From Promethearchaeota archaeon (GTDB lineage Archaea; Asgardarchaeota; Lokiarchaeia; Sigyniarchaeales; SOKP01): a stretch of DNA of 64,000 nt. The position numbers were made by a program, and so were the translations under genes. The stretch's first letter is position 1. Every line of letters starts with the position of its first letter. The notes under the pieces are model-generated. The model had not been told where the DNA came from. It searched no databases and saw only the letters and a program-made list of their open reading frames with translations. Shown here in pieces: positions 59,015 through 64,000 of the stretch. The stretch lies in assembly GCA_048939995.1 (NCBI GenBank), contig JBHLOY010000006.1, positions 149,622-213,621 of the forward strand, in the 5' to 3' direction.

Positions 59015-59787
59015 ATTTTTTCAAAAATGTTTTTATAGCAATTACAACAAGGCATCCCAATTAAAATATGATTAATGTTGCTATTATTCATTATCTCTAA
59101 ATTTTCAAGTATGAAAATTAACTGTTCTTTTAACTTAATTACCTTTGGATTTTTACTTATATAAAATTTTTTTAAACTTTCAGGATGATTCTCCCTTTTA
59201 CAAATAGGACATCTTGAGAAGTATTTGACAAAATTCCTATATTTTTCAGTATCAATTTGTTTAGGAGTAAATAAAGTAAAATTCTCTATTGGATAATCAG
59301 GCTCGATTTTTTCGACGATATATTTAAAAATTTCTGCTTTCTTATCCTCTTCGTCATAAATTGATGTAAAATAGACTCCCTCCAACTGATATTTTTGAAT
59401 TAAATTTTCAATTTCCAGTTTTGAAGTTTTATGTACTAAATCACTTTTTGTTCCAATTAAGAAGATTGGAATGCCACCTGCACTCTCTCTAAAAATATTT
59501 ATCCATCTCTCCAAATCAAAAAAAGAATTCTTATCAGATACATCAAAACATAATAAACCTGCACAAGCCCCTCGACAAAATAATGGAAATAAAAATCTGA
59601 AATGTTCTCTATCCTTTAAATCCCATATTACAAATTTATATGAATCTGATTCATTTGCATAACAATCTATAGGTTTAAAGGAGACCCCAATTGGTGTATC
59701 CTTTTCCACATTGTCATTTATGAATGAAGTTTTACCCGAGCCTTGAGCACCTCCCAGTATTAGTTTTAGTTTATAAGATTTCGGCAG
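59011..59787 (-). CDS. Rab/Ras-like small GTPase with C-terminal Cys-rich domain; probable CTG start
   Basis: P-loop GAQGSGKT lies in frame upstream of the called GTG; WD (G3-like), GTKSD (G4), FTS (G5); CPIC...CCNC. Confidence 0.8.
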   Translation of the reverse strand: MPKSYKLKLILGGAQGSGKTSFINDNVEKDTPIGVSFKPIDCYANESDSYKFVIWDLKDREHFRFLFPLFCRGACAGLLCFDVSDKNSFFDLERWINIFRESAGGIPIFLIGTKSDLVHKTSKLEIENLIQKYQLEGVYFTSIYDEEDKKAEIFKYIVEKIEPDYPIENFTLFTPKQIDTEKYRNFVKYFSRCPICKRENHPESLKKFYISKNPKVIKLKEQLIFILENLEIMNNSNINHILIGMPCCNCYKNIFEKI

Positions 59788-59866
59788 CTATAACATCCTC
59801 CATTTATAAAACAGTCTAATAATAACCCTATCCTATTGTTTAAATAAATAATTAACTTAAAAAGGT

Positions 59867-60268
59867 TTATGGTGATTTAATTTCATATAAATTTCCAAAA
59901 GCATCTTTGACAAAAAGATAATAATTATCGCTTCCTTCCCGAGCTACTCTGATGACTTTATACATCATTTTTTCTGCCTTAGATAGAAAATGGTTTCTAT
60001 CCTCAATACTAAAACAAATATGAGTGAATTTACCTTTTATTTTATTTTTCTTATTGGTGATAAATGCTTCTATATTAACTTTTTCGCTAGAATATCTTAT
60101 AATTTGCTGGTCTTTCTTAATTCCAAAAAATTTTTCCATCAAATTTTTGCTCACGGTAAAAACTTTATCCTTTTTTAATCCTAGTAAACTCACGAAAAAT
60201 TTATCACTCTCTTCCTCTGAGTTTGCACTTACAGCAACGTGATCAATAATCAATATTTCTTTTCCCAT
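59867..60268 (-). CDS. VOC/glyoxalase family protein
   Basis: IDHVAV, FTHICF, FVKDAFGNLYEI. Confidence 0.85.
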   Translation of the reverse strand: MGKEILIIDHVAVSANSEEESDKFFVSLLGLKKDKVFTVSKNLMEKFFGIKKDQQIIRYSSEKVNIEAFITNKKNKIKGKFTHICFSIEDRNHFLSKAEKMMYKVIRVAREGSDNYYLFVKDAFGNLYEIKSP

Positions 60269-60390
60269 CCTTTAAGTTTATTCTATGTTTTAGATTTATT
60301 TCATATTTCATAAAAATTATGATATTAATTTTTAAATCAGAATGTATCTTACATATTTTATAATCCAATATCAAAATGTGATTATTCATT

Positions 60391-60870
60391 ATGGTCAAAG
60401 TTGAAAGTTTAAAAATTACTGTGGGAATTATTATCCTTATTTTTTCTGTAACCATTTTGGTAATGGCTTTTACAGAAAATGGACTAGAGGCATTGTTTGT
60501 TCTCTTTAATTTTGGAATAGACATCACAGTCTCTAATTTAGCAGAAGCTATAGTTGGTGCAGTCGCAGCAGCTTTTGCGGCATTGATTTTCTGGATATTG
60601 ATGATCTTTGTTGGGATAATCTATCTTATTCTCTCATTGGTCTTTGGTATCTTAACTCTTGCTCTTAAAAGAAGCAAACCATTGACTATAATTGTTCTGG
60701 TATTTATAGGATTATCTTTAGTGCTTGAAATACGGGCAATAGCAATCTTAACTATAGCAAGTCTTATAAATGTAGTATTAGTATTGCATTTAATTGGAGA
60801 TGCTATAATAGCAACATTGCTTATCATCAGCCTTGTCAAACTTTATCGGCTTCCAAAAGAAATAAAATAA
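60391..60870 (+). CDS. Hypothetical membrane protein
   Basis: About 4 TM helices. Confidence 0.7.
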   Translation: MVKVESLKITVGIIILIFSVTILVMAFTENGLEALFVLFNFGIDITVSNLAEAIVGAVAAAFAALIFWILMIFVGIIYLILSLVFGILTLALKRSKPLTIIVLVFIGLSLVLEIRAIAILTIASLINVVLVLHLIGDAIIATLLIISLVKLYRLPKEIK

Positions 60871-61038
60871 GGATATGATATTCAATTATTTTTTTTTAAC
60901 CTTAATAAGACTTTAAATCATTTAATTTTTAATTATTAATACATTATTTGTTTCTTGTTATCCCTAATTAAAGATTTAAAAACTTTTAGAGAATAATAAT
61001 TATTAAACTAAAGTAATTCGGATTGGGGTTATTATTAA

Positions 61039-61905
61039 ATGACTAATCTTGATGAGCAAGGTTTCCTCAATAAACTCTATGAAGTGGTATATAAACTATC
61101 AGGGATCGCAAAAACCCAATCCTATAGATTTAAAAAAGAATGGGATGAGTATTTAAAAGAAATTAATCAAAGCCCCCATTTAGTACGTCAAATTCAAGTT
61201 GAGAAAGAAAAATTTTTAAACGATATCGATTATAGAATTAAAATATTAAATGAGGTAAAACTTGCTTTTGAAGATGGTTTTCATAGTATTAAAACCTTAT
61301 TAGTTACCCTTTACCAATCCTATTTTAATTCTCAAAAATTTAAAGAAGAATTTTCATCCCAGGATCAATTGATTCTGAAATATTTTGTGGCAAAAAAGAT
61401 CCTTGGTGATTTGGTTCAATATAATGAATTAGATCATAAATCTGTTCCGTTAAAATACAACATAATTGCTAGAAATTACTTAATGATGAAATTAAAGCAA
61501 TTAAAAGAAGAAAACATCTTAGAAAATTTAAATAGGATTAGAATTGACCTTACAATCCCAAATCTAAGAAACAATTTAAGAGAAATTGCTTTGGATGGAA
61601 TTATTAAGAAGAGGAAGAAGGGAAGTTATGTGTATTACACAATTGAAAAAGAAATAGAATTAAGCGAAGAAGGTATTAAGAATTATAACCAAACTATTCG
61701 CCCTTTAGTCGAATGGCCAACGCTTTTCTGGAGAAGTTTTTACAATATAAGAGAAATAAATGTGACTGTAGAAGGAAATCCTAAACATGCTGATTTTTTA
61801 AACAAAGTTTTAGAGAAAGCAGCAACCCAAGGTTATGTTGCCTCTCATTATGTGGTTCAAAACCTCATAAAATATTTTGAAAAAATTAAAGATGAGCAAA
61901 AATAA
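61039..61905 (+). CDS. Hypothetical protein, possible winged-helix segment
   Basis: 288-aa ORF; LRNNLREIALDGIIKKRKKGSYVYYTI resembles a wHTH wing. Confidence 0.65.
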   Translation: MTNLDEQGFLNKLYEVVYKLSGIAKTQSYRFKKEWDEYLKEINQSPHLVRQIQVEKEKFLNDIDYRIKILNEVKLAFEDGFHSIKTLLVTLYQSYFNSQKFKEEFSSQDQLILKYFVAKKILGDLVQYNELDHKSVPLKYNIIARNYLMMKLKQLKEENILENLNRIRIDLTIPNLRNNLREIALDGIIKKRKKGSYVYYTIEKEIELSEEGIKNYNQTIRPLVEWPTLFWRSFYNIREINVTVEGNPKHADFLNKVLEKAATQGYVASHYVVQNLIKYFEKIKDEQK

Positions 61906-61911
61906 TTTTTT

Positions 61912-62799
61912 TTAAAACTCCTTGGTTTTTACCATTGGGATTTCAAATTGCTCTAAAATTGGCAAAAGATGTTTTTTATCATCTGAATTCATTCCTTTCC
62001 AATCTAATATAAAGAAATCGACTTCTTCATAAGTATTTAGAATCATTTTTTCTATGATTTTATGATTCAGATTTTGAATGAAATATTTTGGACAAATAAA
62101 TGACATCGCAATATTTTCCTTTCTTATTAATCTATTGAAATTTGGAGCATAATGAGATCCACCAAATCCTAATCCTATTTTATTATCATTGATTTCTTCA
62201 AGTTCTATAAATTTGAAGATAGTATTTACTATCGCACTTGCAACCACTTTACCCGCATCTTTCTTACTCCATTCTCTTTTACTACTACCTAATTCCATGA
62301 AAATTAGTGGAATTTTCAAACTTGTAGGGCCATGGTGAGTAACTTCGATATCAATTACATAACTTTCTAAAACTTCCTCTTTAACTTGTTGTATTAAGGC
62401 AAGAAATCCTGCTTTATGTAATAAAGCGCTTGATTGAGACAATTCTTCCGGTTCACCACCAAAATCGGCATTTTTACCCCAGTTACCAGTAGTATGAGTC
62501 AATAAAGCCGGTCTTCTTGTTTTGGATGCATGGCGGCTTGCAAGTATGATAAAGTTTGGGTAAAATACTAAATCTTGAAGCTCTAAATCATTTAAAAATA
62601 TCATTCGCTCATCAGTAATTCCTAGATAAACATTTATATTTTTAGAATCCAAATTTTCATTTTTATCTAACTTTAGAACAGTATTTCCTTTCCATTTATG
62701 GTTAACCTCCTCGAATACAAAAGACTCAGAATTTAATAATTTGTCACGAATATTCATTGAAGCGATATCTTCAGATGAAGTTATAATTAGAAAATCCAT
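61912..62799 (-). CDS. dtdA: D-aminoacyl-tRNA deacylase (archaeal DTD2)
   Basis: DIASMNI, SRHAS, LTHTTGNW, EVTHHGPT, ELGS, GFGGSHYAP. Confidence 0.9.
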   Translation of the reverse strand: MDFLIITSSEDIASMNIRDKLLNSESFVFEEVNHKWKGNTVLKLDKNENLDSKNINVYLGITDERMIFLNDLELQDLVFYPNFIILASRHASKTRRPALLTHTTGNWGKNADFGGEPEELSQSSALLHKAGFLALIQQVKEEVLESYVIDIEVTHHGPTSLKIPLIFMELGSSKREWSKKDAGKVVASAIVNTIFKFIELEEINDNKIGLGFGGSHYAPNFNRLIRKENIAMSFICPKYFIQNLNHKIIEKMILNTYEEVDFFILDWKGMNSDDKKHLLPILEQFEIPMVKTKEF

Positions 62800-63316
62800 A
62801 AATTTCGATCTTATAGGTTTATTTCTCTAAAATGGACACTAAATAATTTAAAGGCTCTAAATACTTTAAAAATTATCTATATATCATTGTATATAATGTC
62901 AATTGATTTAATAATAGTTTCAACAATATCTATTATATTTGGAATTTCATTCTTTATAGCAGACTTTTATCAACCTAACATCACAAACGGGGAAATCCTT
63001 GTTAGATTTAATAGTATTCACTATCCTCATTATCATTCTAAACTCTTTTACTCAGATCCTCTGACCTTGAAAGGATATAAAAATTAGAAGATATTTGTAT
63101 GAAGATCATATTATATAAATTCTGAACCTATATCACCATAAGAAATACTAAAGAATAATTTATAAATTAAAAGACCTTAAGGATAACTATTCATAATTTT
63201 TAATATTAAGAACAATTTAATTTTATATTCATAGAAACAAAATTTAAATTAAAATTTCCTCTCTAGCTACAAGAAAAGAATAAAGTTACTTATCCAAAAA
63301 ATAAGAGAATAAGATT

Positions 63317-63892
63317 ATGATTAAAAAAACATTTAAGGAGTTATTAGATATCGATGATGATGATTACAAAATCATTGAAATGATTGAAAAGAACCCTGAT
63401 ATCACTCACAGTCAAATTGCGGTTGAGGTTGAAAAAAGCCAACCCGCAATAGGTGCCCGAATCATCAAATTAGAAAGAAAAAATTTATTAACTAAACAAG
63501 TTGGATTTAATATTAAGAAGGTTGATATTAAAGTGGCTATAGTATTTATATCTACAAAAGATGTAGAAACTATTGTAGAGAAAATAAAGAATTGCCCTTT
63601 TATTAACCACGCATTTAAAATCTCTGGGGAATTTAACTTATTGTGTTTTGTTTCAGCTTCAGATTTACAGACAATCGAAAGATTAGTTGATATTTGCTTC
63701 AGAAAAGATCCAAATGTGATCAATGTGAAGACCAATATTCTAATAGAATCAGTACACGATTTTGTAGTACCAATTGATTTTCAAATTGAAAGATTTGATT
63801 TTCATTCCAATAACTGCGGTCCAAACTGCAATCTTAATGTGAATCTTCCTAAATTTAAATTTAATCAAGTAGAAGAAGAAGGAGAAGAGTAA
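63317..63892 (+). CDS. Lrp/AsnC family transcriptional regulator
   Basis: IDDDDYKII, HTH SQPAIGARIIKLE, ISGEFNL. Confidence 0.88.
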   Translation: MIKKTFKELLDIDDDDYKIIEMIEKNPDITHSQIAVEVEKSQPAIGARIIKLERKNLLTKQVGFNIKKVDIKVAIVFISTKDVETIVEKIKNCPFINHAFKISGEFNLLCFVSASDLQTIERLVDICFRKDPNVINVKTNILIESVHDFVVPIDFQIERFDFHSNNCGPNCNLNVNLPKFKFNQVEEEGEE

Positions 63893-63913
63893 AATCTTTC
63901 TTAGAGAATAATT

Positions 63914-64000
63914 CTAAATTTCTCCTCTCATTTTAGCTAATTTGTATTTGCATTTCTCTCCGCATCCCACTTCTTCGTTTGGCTCATGATTTTCAGAATC
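63914..64000 (-). CDS. 3' end of a convergent gene (partial), possibly an Lrp paralog
   Basis: Open frame DSENHEPNEEVGCGEKCKYKLAKMRGEI*; CGEKC echoes CGPNC in the neighbouring Lrp tail. Confidence 0.45.
   Translation of the reverse strand, partial: DSENHEPNEEVGCGEKCKYKLAKMRGEI

Noticed and set aside
62887-63087. 66-aa ORF with one hydrophobic N-terminal helix
   Set aside because: May be a truncated membrane-protein remnant, but no family or continuation could be supported
1-64000. tRNA, rRNA, transposase, integrase or cas genes
   Set aside because: None recognised; intergenic gaps are short and AT-rich, with no GC-rich structured RNA

Overview
AT-rich archaeal window, most consistent with an Asgard archaeon of the Lokiarchaeia type. 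The basis is archaeal uS2, AlaRS and DtdA, an archaeal ether-lipid operon, pterin and F420 biosynthesis genes, a Rab-like small GTPase and a eukaryote-like ubiquitin operon. The top finding is a PurM/AIR-synthase-like gene (24886-26307, minus strand) interrupted by a 30-nt in-frame, stop-containing insert (25797-25826). On the mRNA strand this insert folds into a canonical bulge-helix-bulge (BHB) motif, the substrate of the archaeal tRNA-splicing endonuclease. Cutting at the canonical bulge positions restores one 463-aa ORF reading ...GFHV-T-RAALRD..., so this is a candidate tRNA-type intron in a protein-coding mRNA. The second highlight is a ubiquitin-like locus: Ubl-E1-E2-JAMM-multi-pass membrane RING, plus a second Ubl and a membrane-anchored non-conjugatable Ubl. 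Both soluble Ubls end in -STAG rather than -GG. Also present are two genes that seem to need non-AUG starts (ATC, CTG), two orphan DNA methyltransferases, a decayed response-regulator pseudogene and an unannotated Zn-finger microprotein. No rRNA, tRNA, CRISPR array or transposase was recognised. All family assignments come from motif recognition by eye; no database search was run.
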